The notes under the pieces: model-generated
Told to the model about the DNA's origin: nothing
What the model saw: the letters and a program-made list of their open reading frames with translations, nothing else
Databases searched by the model: none
Shown: in pieces, positions 17,346 to 30,867 of the stretch
Layout of the letters: the number at the start of each line of letters is the position of its first letter
Position numbering within the stretch: position 1 is the first letter of the stretch
Position numbers and translations under genes: made by a program
DNA from: Eledone cirrhosa
Lineage: Eukaryota
Assembly (NCBI GenBank): GCA_964016885.1
Contig: OZ024741.1
Span: 103,478,001 to 103,542,000 of the forward strand
Reading direction: 5' to 3'
Length of the DNA: 64,000 bases

Positions 17346-18298
17346 CAACCAAACAGTGAGTGTGTTCCGTTATTAATTCTGGCGATATTATTACACAAAT
17401 ATGACCCTCCCCAAGTATAACAATATATATATATATATATATATACATTGCGAGGATGATTAATCAAAACCTTCAGAGAAAACTCAAAAGGACAGCGTTT
17501 TATTTATATTTATATTTAAAAACATTTCACACTGTCTATTATTACATTTAATTTTGTGAAACACGGGAAAGAACATGGGGCTTCTGTGGTGAGAGGGAGA
17601 AAAGGCTGATAATGTGTGAGGCAAAACTACATAAGGGTGAAGCAGGTTTTGTATATATATATATATATATATATATAGTGCGTGTGTGTGTGTGTGTGTG
17701 TGCGTGCGTATGTGTGTAATTGTATATAAATACACACACAAACATATATGTATATATATATATATATGCATATATACAAATATATATAGGCAGTTCAAGA
17801 GTAAACCAATCTTAAATAGAGAGATAGAGATAGGAGAGGAGAGTTTGGTGAAGGTATTAGAAGCCAAAAGCCTAAAGGCTCAGTGTGCAATATGCAGTGG
17901 GAAGCAGGTAGAACTGGGTTCATGCGGAGGTTAGGTGCACAGAGCTGGAAATATTCCTTATTTAAGCAAATCAAGACCACAAAACCCACATAGAAGACGT
18001 TAGTTCAAGAGTGCCAACATTAGTTGCAGTTTAATGTAAGGAATAATTATTCCTTACATTAAGTTTTGTGATCTTGATTTGCTTAAATAAAAATAATGAA
18101 TACAAATATATATATATGTATGCATATATATCCATCTATACATATAAAGAATATGCTCCGAAATCATTAGACGTGTCCGTCGAACTTGCGGGTCCAGAAT
18201 CAGACAGATGCACACAATAATCACGTCTCGAGCTGTCCGCCGACGAAACAATTGTAACACACAATAAATTGAGTTCAGATACATCTATACATATATGC

Positions 18299-18354
<56 letters not shown>

Positions 18355-18847
18355 TAGAGTACATATATATGTGTTTGCTAATTTTTATTGACTGCAATAT
18401 ATGTTTACAAGGCCCTATTTCCTGGGTGTGGTCACGTTTGGAACCCGTTTGAAACTGACAAACGAAATTATATATCCTCTCAGTGGAAGAATCCTTAGTA
18501 CTTGGGGTGGGTTAGAGGGTAGGTTACCATTACCTGCTTTCTTTATTTATTACATCTTTATATCGTTATATATTTATATGTATATTTATTTATCTATTTT
18601 AAATGTTTGCTGTTTCCGTCTTTCTTCTATATATTTTCCATTATATATCCCACTATAACATAAATCTTCCTGCAATTATATCTATTTTGCGTAATTTCTG
18701 AAATATTTGTCGCTGTATTTTCTTTCTTTAGTTCTTTTCTTCTCCTTCCTCCCTCTCTCTATATATATTTCTCTCTGTCTGTCTGTGTGTCTCTCTCTAT
18801 CTCTCTCTCTCTATATATATATATATATTTCTCTCTGTCTGTCTGTG

Positions 18848-18888
<41 letters not shown>

Positions 18889-18894
18889 GTAAGT

Positions 18895-19215
18895 ATGTAT
18901 GTATGTATACGTACATACATATATGTATACAGACGTACAGTAGTATGTATATATATACATACATGCACACATATATATATCCACGTATCGGTTTACCGAA
19001 CATTTATTATAATGCTCGGTACGCCGTACAGTGTTTAGGCAACCACGTCACCTTTTTGTTCAACACTGACACATGAACGATGTACTAGTTTCAAGCTTAT
19101 TAGCTATCGTCAGCATCGTATACCTTCCTGCCAGATGGTTGAACGTCTGAAAATATATACTTTCCTTATGCATATTAACGGCTGAGAAGCCTAATTTGCA
19201 TATCGAGTGAGTTCA
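18895..19215 (-). mobile_element. Non-coding hammerhead-bearing repeat, copy 2
   Basis: Reverse-complement homology to 16035-16380 (e.g. actcgatatgcaaatt, ccgttaatatgcat, gtcagtgttgaacaaa, ccgagcattataataaatgtt). Confidence 0.7.
19077..19119 (-). ncRNA. Second copy of the ACUAGU hammerhead motif
   Basis: ACGAUG-CUGACGA-UAGCU(AAUA)AGCUU-GAAA-CUAG-UA-CAUCGU, with a perfect 6-bp stem I. Confidence 0.8.
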
Positions 19216-19352
19216 GTCTATCGAGTAAGTAAGTGCCGTACTAAGAGTGAGAAATGAAATTTCGTTTCATTCTATTCCATTTATATATATATATATATAT
19301 ATATATAATTATATATATATACCTATATATATATATTTATATATATATATAT

Positions 19353-19573
19353 CGTTTCTGAATTTGTTTAGCAAGATTCTTTATCTGAAAACGTGTGTTG
19401 AAACCGATATTGTTATACTTTGGGAGGGTCATGTTGCCAATAAGAAACACACGCACCAGTAGCTTTCACTTCAATTTATTATAAATTTAATTTATAAATT
19501 TAATTTATAATAAATTGAAGTGAAAGCAACTGGTGCGAGTGTTTCTTATTAGCAACATGACCCTCCCAAAGTA

Positions 19574-19578
<5 letters not shown>
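19353..19578. mobile_element. pLTR terminal fragment with fold-back inverted copy
   Basis: Matches 32114-32255. Arms at about 19412-19485 and 19503-19577 are reverse complements. Flanked by (TA)n on both sides. Confidence 0.85.
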
Positions 19579-19609
<31 letters not shown>

Positions 19610-19686
19610 AAGGGTAAAGGAAAGGAGAGTGCTCTATGTATGCTACAGAGCTATTTAATTGTGTAATAAACAACATAAGACAATTA

Positions 19687-19759
19687 TTCCCTTTACCAAA
19701 GGTTTCACGAAGACAGACGAGATCAACAGATACGTCTGAAATCGCTCATCAGAATGAAA
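19687..19759 (-). ncRNA. Hammerhead motif with extended stem II
   Basis: UUUCAUU-CUGAUGA-GCGA...CAGACG/CGUCUG...UCGU-GAAA-CC(UUU)GG-UA-AAGGGAA. One stem I mismatch, which is absent in the adjacent inverted arm (AAUGGAA). Confidence 0.65.
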
Positions 19760-20055
19760 ATTTAATTCAGACGTCTCTGTTGAGCTCATCTGTCTTCGTG
19801 AAACCTTTGGTAAATGGAATAATTGCCTTATGTTGTTTATTACATAATAAATATATATATATATATATATATATACATATTCATATATTTATATGAATAT
19901 ATACATGTGTGTGTACCTTGTGTGAGTGTGTGCGTGTTTGTGTGCGTTTGTTTACCCAAAAAGTAAACAGAAACAACAAGCCAAATAGAATATAATGAAG
20001 AAATATATTAACGTTGGATGTAGTAGGAAATGATGTGTGCGTGTACACACACACA

Positions 20056-20173
<118 letters not shown>

Positions 20174-20320
20174 CGTGTATAAACGTCCGATTAACCGAGA
20201 CTATCATCGCAATACCATGTGGTGTTCAGTTAATGAGAATCAAACAAGGGAGATAACATGTATAGCCTTAGCTGATCCAAGTATTGAGGAAGAAATTACG
20301 CTAATACAACCTAAGACAAC

Positions 20321-20353
<33 letters not shown>

Positions 20354-20430
20354 GTTTTCTGTTATCTAGGGATCATCAAAAACTTATATATATATATATA
20401 CATTTATACGTATACATTTTTCGGCCACCC

Positions 20431-20474
<44 letters not shown>

Positions 20475-20478
<4 letters not shown>

Positions 20479-20558
20479 GTGTCCCAAAAAATGTATACAC
20501 ACTTCAACAGCATTCTAATCAAAGTGTGTATACATCTTTTTGTGGGGGGGGGACGCCC

Positions 20559-20560
<2 letters not shown>
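20475..20560. mobile_element. Tiny Tc1/mariner-type MITE; further copies at about 3500-3575 and 27565-27661
   Basis: Inverted ends CAG(A/G)GTGTCCCAAAAATGTATACAC ... GTGTATACA(T)n..GGACGCCCTG, embedded in TA/CA microsatellite. Confidence 0.7.
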
Positions 20561-20609
<49 letters not shown>

Positions 20610-20935
20610 ACATAAATACACAAAGCTTTTGTAAATATATATACTCAACAATTCAATTCTAACAGATATGTATTGAACATCCAATGTATACATATACATA
20701 TGTCGGGGAGGGGGGCTGGTGTGTGAAGGAGGGCATGAGTATAAGTCTCCGGATATGCGTTAGCGGCAGTATGTATATGTATAAGTGTGTGCACGTGTGT
20801 ATTCATATGTTTAAATGTAAACGTGCTTTTCTCTCTGTGTGTGCGCATGCGTGTGTGTATGTGTGTGTGTATGTATGTGTATGTGTTTTTGTATGTGCAT
20901 GTATGTGTGTGTCTCTGTGTGTGTATGTGTCTGCA

Positions 20936-20941
20936 TTTATT
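20936..20941 (-). promoter_or_regulatory. Candidate polyadenylation signal AATAAA for the Wnt2-like gene
   Basis: TTTATT on + strand about 280 nt downstream of the stop codon. The hexamer is common in AT-rich DNA, so support is weak. Confidence 0.3.
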
Positions 20942-21216
20942 TTACATGATATATCTCCGTCATAACGTTCAATCTGTCGCAATGCAAAATCGTGATTGTG
21001 GAACGCATGTGCCGCGGCAGTCTTCGTACAGAGTCCTGTCTTCTCTCAAAGAAATAATAATAATAATGATAATAATAATAAAAATGATAATAAAAATAAT
21101 AATTATAATAATTATTATTATTACTATTATTATTATTATTATTATCATTATTATTATTATAATAATTATGATTATTATAAAAACACTAAAGGCGACAAAA
21201 ATATTATAACCCCTAA

Positions 21217-21437
21217 TCATTTTCTTTCTGTTAGGCTTGGCCCTTTGCACGTGTGCAAGTCCACGAATTCTGTGCATTCTTTGCATTTCACTTGGCAACA
21301 CCAGAGAAACTTGCACTGGCACTTTCTGATCATTTTCACTGTCTCTGTATCGTAACCTCGCCCACAGCACATGATGTCGCAACCGTCTGGACCCATTGAA
21401 GTTTTGTTACACTGGCGACCCGCTGTACCCAGGGAGC
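21217..21437 (-). CDS. Wnt2: Wnt2-like last coding exon
   Basis: (G)[30 protein letters not shown]...[16 protein letters not shown]...[15 protein letters not shown], the Cys-rich Wnt C-terminus. Acceptor gttgtag|GC, phase 1. Confidence 0.95.
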
Positions 21438-21649
21438 CTACAACGACAAAAACAAAAAGCATAAGCATAGCAAAAGAGGAGTTATTGTAAGAACGAGTAA
21501 TGAACAGGGATCCGTTGGGAGGGAGAGAAAAGAAACGTTTTTTTACAACCAACGACTATCTGCCAAACCTCAAAATCAAAAACAACACCAAGGCTGAAAC
21601 AATAACAACAGCAGCAGCAACAGCAGCAACAACAGCAATGGTAATAATG

Positions 21650-22025
21650 ATTTCTAATTTTGACACGAGGCCAGTAATTTGGGCAGAAAGGGAAAGTCAA
21701 TTATATCGACCTCAGTGCTTGACTGTTGCTTTATTCTGTCGACCTCGGTAGGATGAAAAGCAAACTTTACATTGGCGGAATTTCAACTCAGAACGTCAAC
21801 AGCCAAGACTAATACTACAAGGCATTTTGTCCAAAGCTCTAACGCCTTACACATTAACAACATCAACATCAACAGCAACAACATCAACAGCAATAATAAT
21901 CGACTCTATAAGGATGAAAGTCAAAGTTAACTTCGGCAGGATTTCAAATCAGAACGTAAATGGACGTAACTCTATGTCGTTTAGCATGTTGTCCGACGTT
22001 TACCGATTCTGCCAATCCACCACCC
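21650..22025 (-). mobile_element. Two diverged SINE copies in the last Wnt intron
   Basis: ggatgaaa..caaa..ggcgg..ttt.aactcagaacg cores. Confidence 0.75.
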
Positions 22026-22199
22026 AGCAGCAATAATAACACAAATGGTAACAACGATAACATCAATATCAAGATCATTAACGTATCAATAAGTTTAATC
22101 TCTATGTCAGTGGTTGCCAACCTTTTCATTATGAAGCACCCTGTTAATAATTTTTAGAAAGCATAAATTAGAGAAAACCAGACTGAAAGGGAAATGATT

Positions 22200-22412
22200 T
22201 GGATCGCAAGAGAAAATTATGAGAAAAGCAACGGTGGATCTCCATAGTATTCCAGAGAAGGCGTTCCAGAGGTGTTTCCAGCAGTGGCAGCACCGCTGGG
22301 AGAAGTGTGTGAACTTCCAAGTGGAGTATTCTGAAGGTGATTAACAAAAATGTGATAATTACAAAATTGTTTTTTTATACTCAAAGATCATATAATTTTA
22401 GAACGCACCTCG

Positions 22413-22413
<1 letters not shown>
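22200..22413 (+). mobile_element. mariner 3' fragment with terminal inverted repeat
   Basis: Encodes IPEKAFQRCFQQWQHRWEKCVNFQVEYSEGD*, then ...ttagaacgcacctcg-TA, typical of a mariner C-terminus and TIR. Confidence 0.75.
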
Positions 22414-22485
<72 letters not shown>

Positions 22486-22585
22486 TCATTTTGTTACGGG
22501 TAAATAGTGAATCATCTTACTCTGGAGTTTCACCTGTTTATCACAGGGTCATCGGATGATGATATAATATTTAATATAAAAATAG

Positions 22586-22651
<66 letters not shown>

Positions 22652-22663
22652 ATATAGAAATGG

Positions 22664-22751
<88 letters not shown>

Positions 22752-23377
22752 GCATAGGATGTTGTCCAAGCGATACAGTTTAGCACAAGTGTCGTTGCAA
22801 CACGTAATATAAAGTGTCTTGACCAAGGACACAACGCGCAGCTCGGTGCTAGAATGGAACTCATGCCCTTATGATGCTAATCACTAACCCACATACACTG
22901 GCAGGCTTACAGAATCCCAACGGAAACCATTAATATCTCATGTTATCATCCGACAGAAATAGTTATGTCCGAGAGTGAGACCATGTCCTAATCTGTGCAG
23001 AAGAGTGAACTCCGTCAAAGAGAACCGAGAACAAAGTAGTGAGGTTCAACCGGAAACAGGATTAGGTCTCCACCAAAGAAGGCTCTAGTGGATATCGAAC
23101 TCAGAACTCAAACAGCCGAAACAAATAGTGCAAAGCATCTAATCCGACGATCTACCAATTTCTCCAATATGCCGTGTTAGAATGATTTCGGCGGGACTTG
23201 ATATTTTGTCCTACGCACTAGCGACGCTGCCTTTTGGCTGCCTCGAATACTCAACGTCAAAACCAACATGAGAATGATGTATATGTAAGCAAGGATATCG
23301 GAGACTGCATATGTTAACATTTGTACTTAGAGAAACACATATATACACACGTACATCAATAGAATATACACACACAC

Positions 23378-23426
<49 letters not shown>

Positions 23427-23524
23427 TGTGAGTGTAAGTATATATATATATACTTACACTCACACGCATATATATGTATATATATATAGATATATATGTA
23501 TATATATGTATATATATGTATATA

Positions 23525-23580
<56 letters not shown>

Positions 23581-23601
23581 TATTTACACACCCACACGCA
23601 C

Positions 23602-23661
<60 letters not shown>

Positions 23662-23677
23662 GCGTGTGGGTGTGTAA

Positions 23678-23728
<51 letters not shown>

Positions 23729-25177
23729 TATCTATGAACACAGAAACCAGAAACACACACAGACACACTCACACGCACAAACAAACACACACTACACAAC
23801 ACCACACATACGCGCATAAGCCACACATGCAAAGTTGAAACACAACACCAAAGACCAGCGTCCAAAATTAATTATAGTGTGTAAATCACAAGATCCCTAG
23901 AACCTAACCCCTACAAACAGATCATTGGCCCCCTTAAAGAAAAGGGGTTACCTTTTTAGTGGGACTGAACCCTCAAAGGAAGGCGTGCTTGTGCATACAT
24001 TGAGGAGTTAAGTTGTGAAATACATAATCCCTCCACACCCCACCTTTGTCTCTATAGGGTCAGCGTCAGTAATCACTCTCTATTAACGCGGCTATTGTAA
24101 CCCCTTTCATCTGTATTTTCTAGCCTGCCATGTGTGTATGTATACATAAGTAAGTATGTATGTATGTAAGCATGTATGTAAGTAAGCATGTATGTATGTA
24201 AGTATGTAAGTATGTAAGTATGTAAGTATGTGTGTATATAGATATGTATGTATGTATGCATGTATGTATGTATGTATGTATGTATGTATGTATGTATGTA
24301 TGTATGCACATACATACGTCCGTACAGATGTCTGTCTGCCTGCCTGCCTGTATGTATGTATGTTTGTATGTATGTATACATGTATATTTATACATACATA
24401 TACATATATAGTAAGAGGTGGATGTTTGTTAGTTCGTATAATAAGCCATTAAATAGAATATTGGTAGTCAGGACTAGATAATCCTTCATCAGCACACCCG
24501 CAGCAAAGCCCTAACGTAAACCAAAGGATCACAGCCGTTTATAAGTCATTTCCAAACATTTGATTATTTGGGAGAAAGTGGATGGTTGTTCGAAGGATTT
24601 ATTTTTCTCTCATAAATTAGAAGTCGGCGAGGTGTTTTGTGGTATCTGTTCCAGCTGTTAGCCTCCTGAGTTCAAATCTCGCCCCTTGTCACCGGAAAAA
24701 CAATGACTTTTCTGCTAGGAGTTTTGAACGGCAGATAGTATCAGCAATGGAAAGACCAATGGTAGGATAGTTTTCCGGTGTCTGATTCGTCGAACGCCTC
24801 CTTTCCTTTTTGAAGTAACATTGAAATGTTTAGGAGTGTTTACTGGTAGGATATATGATGCAGAATGGCCGAATAGTTCAGAAATTAGGTTCACAATCAT
24901 GAGGTTCCGTGTTCGCTCTCCCTGCTTTGGCCAGAGTGGAAGACGGTCAGATGTACTGTACCTGAAATTCAAAGGACCTACCAGGGTCACGATAAATATT
25001 CCTGAGAAATATGTTAAAAGTACACGGGTTTGTGAAATAGTCAGACAAGTACACGTTGATTTCATGAGTAGGCCGTTTTGTTTGTACGACGGAAGGATCG
25101 ATTAGATAAATCCTGGTACATATTTTATCGAACCTCGGAAAAATCTAAGACAAAATGGAACTCAGAACAGAGATATA

Positions 25178-25214
<37 letters not shown>

Positions 25215-25217
<3 letters not shown>

Positions 25218-26135
25218 CTAATTTAGGCACTAAGTTAGAAATTTTGGAGGGAGAAGTAATTCGATAAATTCAACCTCAGTAAACGAGAGGCTAATTTGTC
25301 ATTGGATTTTATAACATAAAGAGTAAAAAGTGGAAAGCATTTGCTCGACGCTCTGAAGACTTTGTCAATTCACCACCGTAATATAATTATAATTATAATG
25401 ATAATTGTTTCTACTTTTGGTACAAGGCCAGCAATTACTCAGTGTATTACTGGTACTTTATTTTATCGACCCCATAAGGATGAAAGGCAAAGTTAACCTC
25501 GGCGGGATTTAAACTCAGAATGGTAAGCATGGCGTCTGACTCTCTACCGATACTGCCAATTTCAAATGTTTTCAAATTGAGGTACATATCAGCAATTATA
25601 GTGGGAAGTGCTTCTTTAATTTATTGACCCCAGGATAATGAAAGGTAAAGTTGACTTCGGACAAATTTGAAGTCAGAACGTAAAGGAACGTCATGAAATA
25701 ATTGTTTCTGATTTAGCAGAAGGTCAACAATTCTTGAGGGAGGAGAAAGTCGATTAAATCGACCCCAGTGCATTACTGGTACTTTATTTTATCGACCCCG
25801 TAAGGATAAAAGGCAAAGCTAACTCATGACGTAAAAGAACGTCAAGAAATAATGATTTCTTTATTAGCCACACAGAAATAATTGTTTCTACTTTTGGCAC
25901 AAGGCCAGCAATTAGCCCAGGGCATTACTGGTACTTTATTTTATCGATTCCGTAAGGATGAAAGGCAAAGTTAACCTCGGCGGGATTTGAACTCAGAACG
26001 TGAAGGTCCATAACTCTATGCTGTAAAGAATGGCGTCTGAAGCTCTACAGATACTGCCAATTCACCGCCAGTTAGCCACACAGAAATAATGCAAGATATT
26101 TTGTCTGACACTCTAGTGCTTCTACCTATTCACCA
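25215..26135 (-). mobile_element. Nested or tandem cluster of at least five SINE copies and fragments
   Basis: Repeated ttgtttctacttttgg(c/t)acaaggccagcaatt...cattactggtactttattttatcga motifs. Confidence 0.85.
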
Positions 26136-27211
26136 CCAACAGACCACATCACCACCACTACCATCACCAATAACAATAACAATAACACAACAACAATAAT
26201 ACCGCAATACCTGACAATTAAATGTATAGAAATGTGTGTTTATGTATGGAATTGGGTAGACGTAAACTGACTGGAATTATGTCGGATGGAGTGTATCTAA
26301 TTCAAAGAGCCAGCCTTATTGCACACAATCACACAGAATCTCCCTGAAAATTAAGTTATGGGTATGCTCCAACACTTAAATGCTAATGCTACTTTCATGA
26401 GCAGGCTGTTCCGTTGGTCAAACAACTGGAACATACATCGTCGACACCGAAGGAGGTCCATTTCATTTCATTTCGTTTGTATGTATATGGAAAAGTTCAT
26501 GTTGCATGAAGCATTACCAAAACGCCTGTTCACCATACCAAGACAACAACAGCCTCACCATCTCCACATTCATATTACCCCTCGTGTTCAGGGTCCACTT
26601 CAAATAACTTCACTATTATTAGAGTTCTTAACCATATGTGACAACACCTAACCTTTCTGTTTTCAACATTGTGATCACACCATTTGTCTATAAATTGACT
26701 ATACTTTTATAATTACTCACTTACGCTTGTACACACCCGCAAAATAACAACCGTAAGTACACATACACACATACGGGTATATATATCCGTATGTGTGTAT
26801 GTGCACTTACGTTTATATATATATATACGTTATATACATATATATACGTTTATATATATATATATATATATATATAAACGTATATATATATATAAACGTA
26901 TATATATATATATAAACGGATATATATATATATATATATATATAATTGGAAAATTTAGTAAAATCGAATCTCTGGCGGTTTGCAAATTCGGCCTACTTAT
27001 ATGAAATGATGAGTTTAGCAAAGCACTCGATAAGGTAGGTCCTTAGAGTAATAACATACGTTTAAATAGCTTGACAAATCGAACATTGTGGTAGGCAAAA
27101 TCTAACAATAATATACCAAAGTAACGATAGAACTAACAGGCTGAAAAAAATACACCTGGACAAATCAAACGATTATACGTTTAAAGTGTTTCTTTGAATC
27201 CGAAATCAAAT

Positions 27212-27254
<43 letters not shown>

Positions 27255-27257
27255 TAG

Positions 27258-27343
27258 AATGGAAATCTGAGGAGCCGATCTTTCCATTGGAAGTCCTTTG
27301 GATTTCCAATCTTTTGTGAGGCGAAACCGTCGGTAAAAGCATT
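27258..27343 (+). ncRNA. Hammerhead-like motif with long stem II insertion and decayed stem I
   Basis: CUGAGGA-GCC...(AUUGGAAGUCC UUU GGAUUUCCAAU)...GGC-GAAA-CC(GUC)GG-UA. Stem I is mismatched next to the core. Confidence 0.55.
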
Positions 27344-27525
27344 TTGGATAGGTAAATATTTAAATCGTATTTTAATTTATTTAAAAGATTGTTTAATGTT
27401 TACTTGTTCCGTTCATCTCAATTTTATAGTTCTGGTATCGTAAATTAATACCATTGAACAACAACTGTATAATAGACACCCTATATATTTCCGTGGGTAC
27501 TTAGTACCTGTGGGGATATTAATCT

Positions 27526-27566
<41 letters not shown>

Positions 27567-27661
27567 GGGTGTCCCAAAAATGTATACACACCTTGAGTAC
27601 CTGTACAGGCAATTTTTTATAAGAATGCTGTTCAAGTGTGTATACTTTTCTTGAGACGCCG

Positions 27662-27699
<38 letters not shown>

Positions 27700-27870
27700 A
27701 GAAAGTGAGGTTTTTTTTACAAAATGAAAAATAACCGAGGTGTCCTACACGAGTGAAAGTATAAAGAAAAAGAGATGAAATCGAAAATGTAACTCGAGTC
27801 TTATTTTTTAAAAATATATATATATATTTTTTTTTTAAATAAGACTCCAGTTGCATTTTCGATTTCATCT

Positions 27871-27978
<108 letters not shown>

Positions 27979-28756
27979 ACAGCAGATATATGGGTCTTCT
28001 GCAGAAATGTATACTCTTAACATAATTCTCAGGAAAGTCCATTGAATTACTGGTACAGTCCATCCGACAGAATTCCCAAGTTTCTACCTACCCAAATTCA
28101 CTCACAAGATAAGTGATACTTGCCCAAGAAGTCAAGACGCAGCGAGACTGAACCTGTAACATCGTGATTGCGAAGCTAAGTTTTTTACCACAGAGCTCTG
28201 CTTCGTGTATATAAGCAACAACTACTACCATAAGAACGAGGTCGATGACAACAACAACGGCAAATCATCAACATCAACTACAACAATGATGACGACAACA
28301 ACAACAACTACTACTACTACTACTACTACCACTACCACTACCACTATGACGACTACTACTACTACTAGTACTACTACTTCGACCCTACATAAATGAAGTT
28401 CATACAAAGATCAGGCACATGAAACAACCCATTGTTTCATTTCCTTTTTCTTTTCTTCTTTTCCTTTCTGTTTCTCTCCATCACCCCCACTACTCCCACC
28501 ACCACTACCCACCCCAGATTCTTCGGTTCCAAAGCAAATCTAATTATATTTTCTCATTAAAAGTTAATTGTTATTGTCTACTGCTGCTGCTGGTGGTGTT
28601 GTTTACATTTAATCTAATAATTAAAATACACCATTTGCTGCGCGAAAGGATGAAAGGAAAAGTTGATTGACCTCAGCAGGGTTTGAAATCAAAGTACAGG
28701 GTATCGGGAGAAATACAGCAAAACATTCTAGCCGAGACTCTAATGACAATAATAAT

Positions 28757-28960
28757 GGTTTCTAGTATAGGCACAATTTGGGGGGACGGGAAAGTCGATT
28801 AAATCGACTCCAGTACGTTACTGGTGCTTTATTTTATCGACCCCGTAAGGTTGAAAGGCAAAGTTAACCTTGGCGGGATTTGAATTCAGACCGTAAAGGC
28901 GCGTAACTCTATGCTGCAAAGCATGGCTTCCGACCCTCTACCGATACTGTCAATCCATTG
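28757..28960 (-). mobile_element. SINE family A
   Basis: Same consensus as above. Confidence 0.85.
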
Positions 28961-29149
28961 TCAATGCTCTTTTTTCGTATTTTTATTAATATGATACTTC
29001 TTGTTGTTGCTGCTCTTGTTGTTGTTGTTGTTTTTGTTGTTTAACCCCAAATCAATCCTGATGGGATGGACCTATGATCCGAAACATTCTAGTCGTGACA
29101 AAGTGATAACTTGTATTTCGTACGGATCTAGGACTGAATTAGCTAGCTG

Positions 29150-29345
29150 GGGACGCAGATATGGCTTAGTCGTTACGAAGTTCGGTTTGTCATCAATCAT
29201 GAGGTCTCGGATTCGGCCTCATTGCGTGGCGTCTTGGGCGAGTATCCTTTTCTATAGATCCATGCCGTGTCGATCTTAAGACTTTCTGAGGGAAATTGGT
29301 TGTACAGAAACTGTTTGGAAGCCCATCGGAGAGTGCATCACCCGT
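29150..29345 (+). mobile_element. Old tRNA-derived SINE, second family; related decayed copies at about 2200-2420, 24860-25100, 27980-28200 and 34825-34975
   Basis: tRNA-like head (ggcttagtcgtta...catgaggtctcggattcgg...cttgggcgagt), heavily diverged. Confidence 0.5.
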
Positions 29346-29567
29346 AAAATAATAATAATTGTTTCATTTATTGGCCACACGGGCCAAGAAGAAGAAGAAT
29401 TTCTTTTATAATCCGCAAGGATATAGAATGAAGGAGACATTACAGACATAAACCCAGTTAACGGTTTTCATTCCTTCTTGTTTCAGGGCATGTGCCTTCG
29501 CTTTGAGAAGGTAGCCTTCGTGTTTCGCGCTAAAGAAATGGTCGCAGGCCATTCTCGCTGCTAGCTA

Positions 29568-29636
29568 GTCTGTTGCTACCTCGTCTGTTGCTACCTCGTC
29601 TGTTACTACCTCGTCTGTTGCTACCTCGTCTGTTGC
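29568..29636. repeat. 15-bp tandem repeat (GTCTGTTGCTACCTC) x4.5
   Basis: Directly visible. Lies within an unidentified higher-complexity segment (about 29400-30330). Confidence 0.85.
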
Positions 29637-30602
29637 GATGCATTTCCTAACTGCTTCTTCTAATTTGATTACTAATTCTCCCTCTAGTCTATTTTTCTCT
29701 GTTGCAAAGCTTTATCGACTTTACCCTGATCGTTATCTTCAGAGCTCATTACCACTGGTTGGTGATGATTGCCGACGTCGTCTGTCTATTAACTAATTCA
29801 CTAATATTGTTTCTGTAGCCATTGCATGCCAGTGAAAATGGTAGATTATGCAAATCACAAATGTGTTGTCTGTGTAGTCGACCAATTAAAATTGTGGACA
29901 CTCTGCGCACTCTTTATCCATCAAGTTAACGAAAACTCTTAGAACGATCTGGATGTCCCGCTGTAGCTACACATTCGGGAACTCCAATTGTTCATTGTTT
30001 GAGTGATGAAAGCGTCTGAGTGAACTTACCAGGCTCCTACGCCCACTTCTTCTATGGATCAACTCCACATAATTGTAACCTGCGTCTAAAATGCAATTTC
30101 AGTCCCCCACTAGTACTAGAGAGAGAGATATCACCTTGGTGATAGTGTGAAGTGCCATCTGCCACCGGTTCAGGGATTCCAAAGCGTGTCTGGTGGAAAA
30201 GATTGTCACAGAACGTTTCATTCCTTTTTTCTGTCTATTGTGTGTGGCCCACGTATGACATTGATTAATACCCTACGATGTAAAGAAATGAGGAGTGGTG
30301 GAGTGGGATGAGGCCCTCGGCATTATTAACTTTCTCCCCAGACTGGGTTAAGGGGGCATCCGGAGTATAAAAACACAAGAATACTTATACCGAAAGATGA
30401 AAAAATAAGAAAAATTATATATATATTTAATGTGCAAAAATACATCAATACACTAATGACTACTAAGACTATGGCCATCACAACCATCTCTATCATCGTT
30501 ATTTTAATCATCATCACCACCACAATCATTAAAAACAATGACAACAACATTATCGTCCTAAACAACAACATTAACACCAAATACAAAAATCTGATTTCTT
30601 AC

Positions 30603-30867
30603 CGATTTCCAGATCTCTGACACAATAGTCGGGAGATGACTCAAAATAGACGAGGTCAGATCTTGTGGGTCGCTTGTGGTCTTTGTTGGCCACGATAAGT
30701 CCTGTGCCCTCCTGGTTCATCATCACCTGTACGGCACCATTGTATTTGTTCTTGAGGTAGTCACCGACTCGACGGAACTCCATCATCGCAGACCAGCAGG
30801 TGCGGATGGAACACGAACCCGAAACTCCATGGCACTTGCATTCCAGCTTCATGAAGCGTTTTACTGC
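30603..30867 (-). CDS. Wnt2: Wnt2-like internal coding exon (265 nt)
   Basis: [25 protein letters not shown]...[18 protein letters not shown](G), including the [10 protein letters not shown] lipidation motif. Acceptor ttcccttctggag|GCA, donor G|gtaaga. Phases 0 and 1 match both flanking exons. Confidence 0.95.
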
